From positions 1 through 64,000 of the forward strand of contig LVLI01000364.1 in NCBI GenBank assembly GCA_001687465.1: a stretch of 64,000 bases of DNA, read 5' to 3'. Of the stretch, positions 22,837 to 35,059 are shown in pieces (the stretch's first letter is position 1; each line of letters begins with the position of its first letter). A program made the position numbers and the translations under genes. This DNA is from Halocafeteria seosinensis. Lineage: Eukaryota. Under the pieces are notes generated by a model. That model saw only the letters and a program-made list of their open reading frames with translations. It did no database searches and was not told the DNA's origin.

Positions 22837-23533
22837 AGTGATGATCCCTACCGAAAGGGGAAATGGCTATCATTCACGCTTGCCCGTGTATCTCTAGGTA
22901 TCTAGCATGCATCGGGGGACTTGCTGGCACCAATAAGAGCACTTCCTCTTCATGAGAAAAAGGGATAATAAGACCAAAGACACCCAACCATTATCTGTCG
23001 TTTTGGTTGGAAGGCACTCTCTACTTCGGTTGGTCCGTTGCATCCACTTGGTTCTTCTTTGCATCCACTTGGTTCCGCTTGCGACTGACTCCGATGCTTG
23101 CGACCCTCCTTTATAATCTGTATGAATTGCAGTAGAAGAGTATACATTCATGAATTGTCCATGGGACTACGAGAACAGAGCTGGGGCTTTTACTTGCGCT
23201 AAGGAAAACACGATACCCACCACTGGGGGCAAAATATTGCCCTTTTGTGCTTTGCGACAGCATTTTCATCCAGGAAATTCCAACGGATAGCCCTCAGATT
23301 TTGCTGCTCTTATACTGCGCAGCTGTAGGTCCTCAGACGTACACTGTGGGTTATTTTGATACTCATTAAACCATTTCAGAGAACGGAACTCCTGTGAACT
23401 GAATCTGTATCCCGAATTTGTGTCTGTGGAAGACGGTCCAACGTATCTTGGGAGTCTCGCAGACTTCTTCGGGGGCAAGCAAGTAGTAGAGACCAAACGA
23501 AGCCTAGTTACACTGCTTTGTCTCATTGGGTCA

Positions 23534-26500
23534 ATGGCATTAAGGTACAGTGACCTGCAACCAGGAATAGGCGCTAGAAAAAACTACACCGAGGCGGACA
23601 GAGAAAGTCCGGTGTCTGGATCCATCGTGGATACTGTGGAGAACGAGCAGGACTTGGATCTTAACGATACTGTGGGTATAGAAGAGACACCTGAACCGAA
23701 ACAACAGTCGTTCTCGCCGGATCATATCAAACGACTCACTGACCAAGCAGAAGAGCTGGTAATTGAAGCCTTCGCCGACCCGAGGAATTCAGCTAAGCGT
23801 GACAGAGCCATCCAGTCTCTTGAGTCTACTCTGAACGTTTTCGAAAACGAACTGGACAGACAAGAGTACAACGACACTAGGAAGCAGGTTTTACTTTCTT
23901 CATCGGTCAAGCACTTGAAGAAACTCTTCACTGACTTGCAGAGAGCGTACGAATCTAAAATGTCAGGATCTCCTCAAGACCCGGCTGTGACCTCACGAGA
24001 ACTCGCTGAACATTCCAGCGCCTCGAATTCTTATGAAACGGTACAGTATCAAGCGGAATACGGGTCCCATCCTAGTCCTCAGGCGTATTCATCTCATAAG
24101 ACAGAGGCTGCCTATCGGCCACCGTCTTCTCCCAATACAACTTGGGCACTGCCTGCCAGTGAACCAGAGACTTACAAGTATGAGAACCATTTGGCTTCGC
24201 AGGAGCATGGGCAGAGCAGTAGCAAATACAGCTCTAGGGAACTTGGAGAATACCGAGGATCAGGTGGTTCCTTTCGTAATTCTCCCTCCGAAGGAGGCTA
24301 TCGACGGTCTCCACAGGACATCAACACTGCGCAAAAGCAAGATGTACAAGGCGAAATGAAAAAGGATAGTCCTTCTTCTGCCTCTGCTGGTGGGTTCTAT
24401 CGCTCTCCTTCCGGAAGAGGGAGCTCGTTCCGAAATGACGCAGTCGAGTTGGCAAAACTCCGAGGTGAAGTCGCTGTGTCCTCCCAAAGACTGGAATCTC
24501 TGAATCACGAGTATGAAACGCTTCAAAAGAGTAAGCAGATGGTCGAGCAGCAAATGCAGGATGAACGTTCTCGCCGCTTAGAGGCTGAACGAGAGCTTCA
24601 GAACTATCAAACGCGCATCAACCGTCTCCGCGAACAAATTGATGAAGGCGGAAAAGAGAATGAGCGGTTGCGGAATAAACTAGACGAGACGCGCGAGAAA
24701 CTGAAGTCTTACCAGAAGTCGTATACCGACCGTGAGGCGGAGATACTCGAGGAGGCCGAACGACAACTCGAAGAATTGTTGAATTCTTGTAAGTCCAAAG
24801 CTAAAGCTGATAAAGAGGCAGCTGTGAGTTCTGTACGCGCGCAATGGAGGGAAAAATGCGAACAGCTTCAATCGGATCTTCAGCAACAGCAGCGTGACTA
24901 CGAGAGCAAGGTTCAAGAGCTGTACGATGTGGAGAAAGAGAAGAAAGACCTCGAGAACGAGATATCAAAGCTAAGTAAAGATCTTGATGAAAAGCATACT
25001 ACCGTGCAAACGAGCAAACAGCAAATAAACTCTTTGTACGAGAAGATTGAGTCACTCAAGCAAGCCCGAGCCGACATCGAGGATCAGCTTGAACGCACTC
25101 GGGAAAATTTCTCGGAGAAGCAAAGTGAATGGATGGAAGAGCGCCACTCTCTTAAAGGGCAAATAGATCAGTATAAGTGGAACAACAACAAGCTGAACGA
25201 GGAACTGCAAAGGCTGGAACGGCAGTTAAACAGTCGGACCCGAGAGAAAGAGTCTGTTTCCGACCATCTTTCTCAGGTTGAGAATGAGCTCAGCCAAGTT
25301 AGACGTGATTACAATGAATCGCTGCAGCGAGAAAGCAACCTCCGACAGGAAATTTCGGATCTCGAAAACGAACTCGAGACCACGCGCCAGGCATCTGCCG
25401 GAGCCGAAGAGACGTGGCATTCTGAGCTTTATGATCTCCGCGACCAGCTACGGAAACTTAAAAGTGAAAACAATGACCTGCAAAATAACATTTCAGAGCT
25501 ACAACAGAAACTCCAAGAAAGTGAACAACGTGAAACGTCACTGAATAACCAGGTCAAAGAACTTCAGGACGAAATCTCTCGCTGGAGAAGGCACTGCAAT
25601 AGTCTGAATGAAACCATCGAGGAGCAGTCGGAGCACCTGCGTCAGGCCAACGAACGGATAGAGCAGAAGCAACAGGAACACAAGCAAGAAATTCGCGATC
25701 TAAAGGACGAGCATGAAAGGAAGCTGAGTCGGCAGGAGGCTGAGTCTGCCGAGCAACTTTCAGAAAAACAGCATGAGTGTGAAGATCTGGCATCCCAACT
25801 GTCACAGATTAAGGAACAGCTTCGTCTGAGGGAGGAGGAAATTGAAGAAGTTCGAAATAATTATCACGAAGCGAGCGAACAATGGAGAAAACAGCACCAG
25901 GATCTTGAGCATCAGTTGCGGGATGAGCGTGAAAAAGTGAAACGCATTGCATCTGAAAAAGCAGATTTTGAGAGCTCTTTGCGGCAAGAAGAAGAACGGA
26001 GACGTGATGAAGGCTCTAAGGCCGAGCAGGAGAGGAATGAGTATGAGAGAAAGCTCAGAACCTCGCGTGATGAGTACAACCGTCTTCAAAAGGCCAAGGA
26101 AGACGTCGAGGAAAAATGGCTCAACGCCGAGCAAGAAAAGAAGAAAGCTCAGGAGCGTTCGCAAGATCTTGAACAGAAATTACACGACCGGGATGACGAG
26201 TATCAGCGGATGTCTACGGAACTCGGAAGAGCGAGAGCTCAGAAGGAGAGTTATGAATCCGAGATTGAGCAGCTTCGCAACAATTTGAGAGATTCCCAGA
26301 GACGAGAAGATGAGTACGCTTCGAAACTAGATAATGCGGAAAGTACGTTGGCCACGATGTCACCGCGAAGCAAAGGCAGTATGCCAACCACTTTGAAAGA
26401 TAACCCGGCTGTAGAGTCGCTGAGGACTCGTCTGACGAATTCTCGAGCAGAAATTAGACGCCTTCAAGATGAGTTAACCGAAGCTAAGGCTCAACTTCGA

Positions 26501-27091
26501 ATGGAGTCGAACGAAAAGGGACAGAGCGGCTCTCCTCGATCGCGGAGCCAGGACCAAGAGTTGAAGGCTGAAGTAACGCGATTGAGAAGAAAAGTAGACG
26601 AACTGGAGAATGAAAAACAGTCGCACGACTACAGAGCTCAGCGAGAAGTAAACGAAAAGGATCGAGAAATTAGTCGCCTAAAAGAGCAGCTCCAGTCTCT
26701 ACAGGAAGAGAACAACAGTTTGGGTAACTCTCATCGTTCGCTCTCTCGGTACTTTAGCCGCTCTGGAAGGTCTTTCAGGAAGCACGCCGGCAGCCCCACT
26801 AGTGAAGCTGGTAGTTCTCCTGCCGTGTCTCAACGAAATTTTCAATCACCCGAGTCAGAAGGCGGCCAACAGCAGACGGACACTGCGGGAACCTTGGAAC
26901 AGGAAATCGGCCAACTGAAGAATGAACTTGGATCGATGAGAGCCCGCTACCAGAGTCGTTCGACGTCGCGAAAGGACATGTCCAGTGGCAACAACGCGGA
27001 AACTGCAGAGTCTAGTCATTCTCGAAGTGGCTTTGGTGGCCGGTTAGCACGCTTTCGTGAGGAGAGCGAGCAACGGTTCCATTCTGAATGA
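23534..27091 (+). CDS. Large coiled-coil protein (~1185 aa), function unknown
   Basis: Uninterrupted ORF with a long E/Q/R/K/L heptad-rich region flanked by Ser-rich ends; likely start at MALRYSDL. Confidence 0.85.
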   Translation: MALRYSDLQPGIGARKNYTEADRESPVSGSIVDTVENEQDLDLNDTVGIEETPEPKQQSFSPDHIKRLTDQAEELVIEAFADPRNSAKRDRAIQSLESTLNVFENELDRQEYNDTRKQVLLSSSVKHLKKLFTDLQRAYESKMSGSPQDPAVTSRELAEHSSASNSYETVQYQAEYGSHPSPQAYSSHKTEAAYRPPSSPNTTWALPASEPETYKYENHLASQEHGQSSSKYSSRELGEYRGSGGSFRNSPSEGGYRRSPQDINTAQKQDVQGEMKKDSPSSASAGGFYRSPSGRGSSFRNDAVELAKLRGEVAVSSQRLESLNHEYETLQKSKQMVEQQMQDERSRRLEAERELQNYQTRINRLREQIDEGGKENERLRNKLDETREKLKSYQKSYTDREAEILEEAERQLEELLNSCKSKAKADKEAAVSSVRAQWREKCEQLQSDLQQQQRDYESKVQELYDVEKEKKDLENEISKLSKDLDEKHTTVQTSKQQINSLYEKIESLKQARADIEDQLERTRENFSEKQSEWMEERHSLKGQIDQYKWNNNKLNEELQRLERQLNSRTREKESVSDHLSQVENELSQVRRDYNESLQRESNLRQEISDLENELETTRQASAGAEETWHSELYDLRDQLRKLKSENNDLQNNISELQQKLQESEQRETSLNNQVKELQDEISRWRRHCNSLNETIEEQSEHLRQANERIEQKQQEHKQEIRDLKDEHERKLSRQEAESAEQLSEKQHECEDLASQLSQIKEQLRLREEEIEEVRNNYHEASEQWRKQHQDLEHQLRDEREKVKRIASEKADFESSLRQEEERRRDEGSKAEQERNEYERKLRTSRDEYNRLQKAKEDVEEKWLNAEQEKKKAQERSQDLEQKLHDRDDEYQRMSTELGRARAQKESYESEIEQLRNNLRDSQRREDEYASKLDNAESTLATMSPRSKGSMPTTLKDNPAVESLRTRLTNSRAEIRRLQDELTEAKAQLRMESNEKGQSGSPRSRSQDQELKAEVTRLRRKVDELENEKQSHDYRAQREVNEKDREISRLKEQLQSLQEENNSLGNSHRSLSRYFSRSGRSFRKHAGSPTSEAGSSPAVSQRNFQSPESEGGQQQTDTAGTLEQEIGQLKNELGSMRARYQSRSTSRKDMSSGNNAETAESSHSRSGFGGRLARFREESEQRFHSE

Positions 27092-29491
27092 GTGGTGTAA
27101 CTATAGGTCAAGGATGTAAAATTGTTGAATAGTACCGAAAAGAATACAACATATGTGGGTCAGTGAAGAGAAAGAGCGTTCATATACCTTGCAGAAGCAA
27201 GGCATCAACAAATTAAGCCTCCTCTTGAAATCCTCATCCCCATTTCAATTGCTGCGAATGGTACAACTTCCTGCCTCAGAATTAAAAAGCTCTTTATCGT
27301 TTAGTCTACATGAATTGATTCGGCGTTGAATTTCTGTTTTTAACATCCTTGGCAGAAAAAGCTGTACACCCCATTCCGAATATAATCCGCAGTAAACAAG
27401 AGAACAAAAAGTGTTAAGTTTGATCGACGAGTCAGACAGCCAAGGGTTATCATCAAAACACGATCTACTACGACGTGTCAGAGACTCTAGTCTGAAATCT
27501 TTTTGTTTCCTCATTCTCGTCCTGACCAAACTTTAACCCACTAAGTAATAACATATCAAGCGGCTCTGGAGGAAGGCAGCAGTTGGGTGGGATCGTTTCA
27601 CTGGCAACTTGGCCGTCAACCCCGCGCTGAAATCGGGGACACCGTTTTCGTCATCGCCGGAAGACTAGACCCACAACAGATAACGAAACAAAATGCATCG
27701 ATGTGCACGTAGCAACGACGGGCGAATTCTTACAATTCTGTGCCTCAGAGATCTTGGTGAGCTAAAAGGTCGTCATTCTTCTTGAGTCGAGAGTAGCAAA
27801 TATGATTGAACATCCTCGACACCTCCCGTTTTAAGTCACTGCAACAAAAATGCATGTTGGCTAAGCCAGAACCATAACGACAACACACAATAAAACAAAA
27901 TCCATAGCCATGCGTCTCAGACAAATGCCTCGAAATTATACGTCACGTATCTAAAGCATAACCCAACCCAGACTGACAAAACGCCAGCCATTTGAGTCGA
28001 GTCCGCTAAAGTTGCTCCGACTCGTCATCTGTTATCATCTCCGACGCTCGCTACAAAGGAAGAAGACAACAAAACAAAGAACAACAAGGAGGAATGAAGA
28101 GAGGGCAACAAAGCATCAGTGTGTAATTAAACACGCTTGTCGCCATATTGTAGTGTCCGACTGGGGCGGCGTGCTTTGCACTCATCTTTTGCTTCACTGC
28201 AGCCTACGCAACGCGACACAGGCTCCCTCCGGATAACAATTACATCTACGTTTACAGTAGGTAGGAACGATCAGATTATCGCCATGAACGCCTGGCTTAA
28301 TAAGCGTTCACAGCTTCCCTCCAGAAGAGGAGGGATCAGAGTGATTCGAATCATAGTCGATCATTCGGGGAAAGAAGCAATGCTTGTTGAGAACAAAGCT
28401 TTCATTAAAATCATCACTTCGTTCACCAACCACTCCATCTTGTAAACCTTGATATAATTGTCCAAATATAATGACACACAGGGCATGATCCCTGGTATTT
28501 CGTCGACCCCTAGTTTTTCCCTTTGAATGGATCCCTATCTCTCTTTCTCCCTATTCCTTCCCCCGGAGGGCGGTGTCACCCCTCAAATGTCCTACTCCAG
28601 ACACACACACACTTCCTTGGCCATATCCACCAGGGGAATATCACACAGCTGCCGTCATTCCCCCAAACGAAGGAGTAAACGCGTCTTTATGCCCTCTGTA
28701 AAGGGGGAAAAGAACAGGAAGAAAGACAGAGCTCAAGATGCAGAAAAAGGGAAATTCTCAAAGCCGGACCACACACAATATGCAACAAAATTTCGAGCAG
28801 GACACAGCAAGCTCAACTAGACGCTCACACCAAACAGCAAAACTGGAATGCTATCATTTCCATATCAATCGATACACTTTCGGACATATTTGAAGAGCTC
28901 CGAGGGGAACGGAAAATCATTTCTTGGACTTGAACAGGGAGGACGGGACGGGACCGTCGTACGGTGCGGACACCGGCGCCGAATTTCGAACACCGGGAGT
29001 TTCCCTTCTGCGTTGTTCTTGACGTGTTGGATTGTGGGATAATCTCTATCCGTTAGGACACTTGTTCAACAATAAAGTATCAGCACCGAAAGTGTTCAGA
29101 GAAGCAAGTTGCTGTAATCTAGGCACCATACCGGAAGCAACATCTACACACGTACGTGGTTATCCAATTCTCTTCTCGTTATATCGTCCAGGCATGTCGC
29201 GTGGACTGAAGAATACTACCTGGTAGTATCCCCCGGAGATTTCCTCGGTCTTTGCGCGTAAATTGATAGGATCCACCTGAACATCAGACGTCCATTAAGA
29301 AGGGGTATTTCTTTCTGTTGCCATACAACGTGTAGGGTACTATGCCCCTATATTGTACAACTGTAGTTGCCAAGTGTGGATGTTGATTTGGGGAGACGCG
29401 TGCCAAAAAGTTGGGCAACGCAGAACATGTTGTGTCTTGCAGATCCTTTGTTTAACAGATTAATGTATCATTAAAAATTGTGTTGCACAGA

Positions 29492-32400
29492 ATGAAGGAA
29501 AAGTTCTTGGAATCGAGACTCGTAACCGAAGACTATCGAATCACGAAACAGGAGGTACGTTTCGGATCATCGTCAAGCGATGTTACACACATCATGCGTT
29601 GATTATTTGTGGATGCTGCTGTACAGGATGTGCCACACATGTACAAAACAGACCGACGGCAAATCACCAAACAATTTCTCAAAGCGGCTGGCACCTGGGG
29701 CTCATTCTTTTGTCTACTGAAGATGGACCTTATCCTTTCCTTCATTCAGTTTTTCGCACTCTTTTTTGGACACATCGCTACGAAGTCTCTGGAAATGGTG
29801 AAAAACAGCTATGGACGAGTGTTCGCGATTTTCGCTCTGGACTTCCATCTGATTGACCGGAGCGTAAATCCATGGACCAATTTGCACGCTCTGTTAATTC
29901 TGGCCATACTCCTGGGCCTTATCATGTGCTGCACCGCACCACTGGTGTCAAGACGAAAGGTTCTGGTAAGTTTTTCATGTATACAAAGCAACATGTGCAC
30001 TGATGTGATCGAAATCCTTTTGCTACGGTTGATCAAACGCATACATGTATACACCAGGACAAGGACGAAAAGGCACTGTCCGTCAAGAAGGCCGCACAGA
30101 ATTCAGCGGATCTCGGTGGCATAGGTTGCTTATTTCTCTGTATGGTGAGCACCTTAAAGGGAGTGCTGAAACTCAAGAAAGTCTTCACCGAGGAGCGGTC
30201 CGGTGCTCGAGTATCAACGTATTGTGTACTGGTAGTTTTTCTACTTGTAACGACGTTGTACCTCCCCATACTCAGGGCGATTTTCGAGACTTCGAGCTGC
30301 GGGCCTACATTTACCAGGGTAAGTCAACTCTCCTATATATCAGGGCATATTGGAAGTCGTGCCTAGTAACCTCGAAGAATGTCGCTTACTTGCAGGCCCT
30401 AGTCCAGGACGGCTTTGTGGCCTCCAAGGACGTCATTGGTGGCCCCACAGAAGACTCTGGGAACGCTAACGATACCACTACCGATCCAAACAAATGTTTC
30501 TTTCTAGCGAAAACACTGAACAATGGGGCATCTTATGTTGATATCATCGAAGGAGAACGCAAAGAGACATTTCTTAACCAGACGTTCATAGTCGATTTCG
30601 GAGACTGTAACTGTGGTGACTGGGGTAAGCAGGGGGCTATTTCACTTTATACTTTGTTTTCACCAGCTATCCTTACACAAATTCCACAGACGGCGGCATC
30701 AGCGGGGTAATTATGGGCTTCCTTATACTGGGGTGGGTAGCTTGCTGTCCACTTGGAATGTACAGCGTCATCCGCGATAACAAGCCCCGCGGAAGTGATC
30801 ACGATCCCAGCCATCGGTACAATCAGGAAGGTGAATGGGTAGAATACACAAAATCCGAGTACGTATTGTCAGTATCTGCGAAGAAGAGACGTCTTGGAAT
30901 GTTATCAGTTTTCTTCGTACAGATACCTTGCCGACCTCAGAAGCGGATGGGATCAGTTGCGAAACCCGGTACTGTTTTTGTAAGTTGTTTTGTTCTTGGG
31001 ATATAGGATTGCTGAGCTGGTTTGTGTATGCATTTCGTCAATAAAATGCACTTATTTCTGCAGATATGGAAGTTATAATCCTCACTCATCCTACCACCAA
31101 GTGCTGATGATGCTTGCCAAAGCAGCGGTTGGAGTGATTGTAGTGACACTTTACAGTTCTCCAGTGGCTCAAACTGTACTGTCGTTGCTAATCTTCGCTG
31201 CATTGTCCGTCTTTATGTATTTTCGTCCCCATTTCATAGAAACCAGTGGTAGGTCTCCTCGCGGCGGTTGGTGAGATGGTACGCCGAAGTCTTGCATATT
31301 GGTATGGTGTATATAATTGCAGATGCTTTCATATATATAGCAGGACTGGTGGCCACTACTGGAATATTGTTCTTCACCCTCATTGGGGCTGCTGCCAATT
31401 CTGAAGAGGCCCATCACGCAGTTTCCGCCATCGTTATCATAATTATTTCTATTTATGTTATAGCAACGGTGTTCATAGTCTTGTGGGGCGTTCGACGAGT
31501 TCGAGGTTTCCTCAAGACAGCGCTGGGAAAACTGAATTTTAGTGACACTCTCAGAAGGATCGAAGGCAACGCTAGGTCAATAATTCCTCAATGGAATCTG
31601 GCGGAAGAAATAAAGCGAAGAGTTTGGAAACCATTCTGGGAAAACATTCTTGTGACCGAAGATCCAAAGCTTGCGAAGCGAGTTATGGAGATGGAAAGAG
31701 AAGCTCAGAAGTGGGGACACCATGTCATTTTCAAACATTGGGAGAATTCAGCGAACGAGCAGCTTGTCAACGCTAGAAACACCCTTATGGAAGAACTAGA
31801 GGGGGTTGATGTATATTTCAAAGTTGAGGTAAGCCGTTTCTCCAATGCTTCTTTTACACTCTGTGCCTTGTATTACAAGTTATGTGCATCAAGGGTATGT
31901 TTGCAGGACGAATCCCAGCAGCAGGAGCAAGCGGAGACCAGCAGCAGCATTACTCGAGGGATTCGCGCGATTTGTGCTCCAGTGTCGTGGGTGCTCAGAC
32001 TCGTGGTACAACTTGTATACGAACTCCTCGGGTTTTACTCCGGCCCAGTGTCCACCGATACCCAGCGGACCTACTTTGGCAAACTGGAGATCGTTTGGTT
32101 TCCGTTCCACTGTGTCTTCACTGATGAAAACAGTGGTCAACGCGAAGTTGTTGGGGAAGGTATGGTGAACTGGATTCAACATAGATGAGTGACTATGTGC
32201 GATGTGGTTGTGAGTATGATTTGTCAATGCAAAGCTGCAGATAGAACTGAAGGTTTGATTCGACAGAACCGAGACCCAGAGGTCAGAAGACAAAGAGAAA
32301 TCAGGCAAAAGCTACGGGCAATGTGCGGAGAGTACATCACGTACCGCTATGGAACATGGGAGACGTTTCATCACGTTGAGGATGGTACTGATGATAGGGG

Positions 32401-33964
32401 TTTTACGCTCCATTCCGACGTCACCGTTTACGTAACGTATACCAAGGCCCAGGTGATCGTTACCGACAAAAATGGCAACTGGGTAAAAGAGAAAAAGCGG
32501 ACTAAGACTGAGTTTTCCGATGAGCCTGGTATGAGCGTATCGCTCTTACTTGTTGAGGGATCAGGTTAGTATGCTTGCTTTCGTGTTTAATGTTCTAAAT
32601 TCCTTGTCATCTGCTCTATAAGCTGTGGGCTTTGGACTGTGTGGACAGGGTCCGGACCCAAACCAAGGACGGGAGAGAATTTCCGCGTCTCCAACTCTGA
32701 AAGGACAGTACTGAGTTCAGAGCTAGGGATAGATAGCCAGTAAGTTCGTTGGACTGTAGTCACTGTACCCATAAAATATCGCTTGGTGCAACTGCTAGAG
32801 GTAGCTATAAGCACTTCCCTGGTTCGCAGGTTTTCTGATTGCACTGTTCTCCGTGATATTCTAAACAACGATGGAAATTCGCAGAAGTGGCAAGATGAGT
32901 TACCAACACTCCATGCTTACTTTCAGGAATACCGCCAAGATCTTATCAAAAAACGATGCGAACAGGAAAGCATGATCAGTTCAGCATTTTGGATGCTGGT
33001 GTACGAGAACGACACAGCTACTCTGGAAGAACTTCAAGGATACTTCGATCATTTTGAAGTTCGCCCAACCATAAAAACCATTGCATCGAGGCATCGATCT
33101 GGGCTTCACTATATGATGAACAAGATGAAGTGGATTAATGAACACCCGTGTGCTGCACTATGGTAGGTTGAACTGTTTAAGATTTCGGCTACACATACAG
33201 TACTGAAAATTGCAACTTTGAATCAGGTTCGTTTTCTTCCATGACGTATGGGAAAGTAACATGGAAGTGCCCAACATAGGAGAGTTGAAGGATGAATTGG
33301 ATCCCAAGTGAGTACAGCATAACAATGAGTAGTCGCTAACAGGCAACGAGCAATGCGAGGCATGTGCAGGGAAGAAGATTCGTTAGCCTTCCGTCCATTG
33401 ACACGCGTTGAACTTGAAACGTTATTGTCTAGCCTTGGATTGTTTTCGGAGAAAAAGTGGATATCCTCTGATACCCTGGACCTATTATACGAACTGGTGA
33501 GTGCTGTAAATAGCAGTATCGAATGTTCCACCGCAATGCTCAACTAATGAGTGCAGCTCAATAAGACTGATGAATCATTTCAGCAATTTCAGCAGGAGCG
33601 AATAGGCGTTTCATCCCCAAAAGATGAGGCTGACGTTGGCGTCACACGCCTTTCTACCGTGGTCCAGCGTTATCATTCTTTCGTCAAAGCAGCATACGAG
33701 TTTCGTCGCTCAAGAACTCAGACTCAACGTCTCCATAAAGTTCTGGAGCTTATGATGCACAGTAAAGTTCAGAATATCGCCAATTACGCCTCTGGTGCAT
33801 ACATCCCTTCCGAGTACCAAAACGAAACACGGAAGACTGATCCCGCTACGGCAACAAAGCCGAAGGATGTTGTAAATCCGGTGTTTATGGAGAGTTCCGA
33901 CGAAACTCGTCGGCAAGACGAGGAGCAAGGAAACGTTCAAAACCCCATTTATATTCCTCAGTAA
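29492..33964 (+). CDS. Uncharacterised multi-pass membrane protein with a long C-terminal soluble domain; many short introns; 5' end uncertain
   Basis: Successive ORF pieces joined by GT..CAG introns; hydrophobic segments (LLVTTLYLPILRAIFETSSC, VLSLLIFAALSVFMYF, AIVIIIISIYVIATVFIVLW) followed by WKPFWENIL, LEGVDVYF, YFGKLEIVWFPFHCVF, QNRDPEVRRQREIRQKLRAM and FFHDVWESN. Confidence 0.75.
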
Positions 33965-34144
33965 GGATAAATTCACATTCGTATTGCTTGTAAGAGGAAA
34001 CTCTCCATCTCGCCAAGATATCTCGGTACGAAGGGTGTGTGTGATTCGATTCTGTGTTTGCAGTCCCCTCATCCATCCCATCAGAATACTGGCGGTGAAC
34101 GGTACTAACAGTTGCTGTTGCTTTCCCCTCCCTGTTCTGAATGC

Positions 34145-34628
34145 TTAACTGTTGGCCATTTTTACCTTGCGCCTCTGTTTCTTGTCTTTGGCGGCAAATT
34201 CATTCATCGTGTCCTGTAGCTCGTCCTTCTCCAGCTCGGTAACGACATAAAGGTCTTGCATCGTTCTTCCCTTTCTTACTATACATTTGTATCCTGCAAA
34301 GAAGTAAGAATACGATTCATTTCATCCCTCTGGTTACAACCGGTTGTACACTCAACGTACCATTCTCTTGGGGTATGGATACCTTAACTGAGAACTTCTC
34401 ATAGTGAGCTTTGCAAGATCGTATTTCACCAGGATGAAGAGCAAAAATCCCATCGACATGCTTTATTGTATCCAAGAATGGAAGCAATCCCTGGATGTAT
34501 GTGCTGTGTGTGAGGGCAACCCTGGCGGCAAAGCTGCGTAGTTGCGGTCTCCACTTCATCGAATGCTGACCAGGGTAGCATACGTGAGTCTGTCGTTTCA
34601 CGCTTGCCGCAAAAAGTGAGGCCAGCAT
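34145..34628 (-). CDS. DUF2103-like protein with probable organellar presequence; one intron 34294-34360
   Basis: Spliced product: RVALTHSTYIQGLLPFL..HPGEI..FSVKVSIPQENGYKCIVRKGRTMQDLYVVT, resembling the DUF2103 pattern HST.I.GL..L..PG.I...VSVP..GG.K.IARKG.T.QEVF. N-terminus is Arg/Ser/Ala-rich with no acidic residues. Confidence 0.7.
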
Positions 34629-35059
34629 CGTTTCCTTGACTTAGAGCGCAAACTGATGCACCGATACAAGAAGTAGATCTCCTCTGCATGGACTGCTGAT
34701 GCAGCTATAGCGTCAGAAGAAGGCTGACACCAAACAATGTGAAGCCGACGCGATTTGTGATGTGAAGCTCAATTTCTCCCGTGCAAATCTTCCCTCATTA
34801 AGGCGCTATTTTTGAAATATCTACCCGTACTAGAGCGGACAAGACACTCCGTTCTATTCATATTCGAGAACAAACAAGCTCTGCCGCTCCACCTCGCGAA
34901 TCGCGATGATCATCTCGGATCTGGCAAAGTGAACGAAAAGATTGCTGTAAACTTTCCGTTAAGTTGACCTGCGCCCCGAGCTTTCCGCTAGAACATGATG
35001 TAGATATACTTGAATTCGTATGTATGCTGTTTTCAAGGTGCTACTGGACAAGAGCAAAG

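Noticed and set aside
23030..23105. Short direct repeats (TTGCATCCACTTGGTTC twice, GCTTGCGAC twice) as a CRISPR-like array
   Set aside because: Only two units with a 21-bp period, no spacer-length intervals, eukaryotic context and no cas genes.
8580..27091. Numerous 60-160 aa antisense or alternate-frame ORFs inside the long genes
   Set aside because: Shadow ORFs expected from the codon bias of the real genes; no independent motifs.
27100..29490. Short ORFs in the 2.4-kb intergenic gap
   Set aside because: No recognisable motifs and frequent stops; degenerate coding relics or upstream exons of the 29492 gene cannot be excluded.
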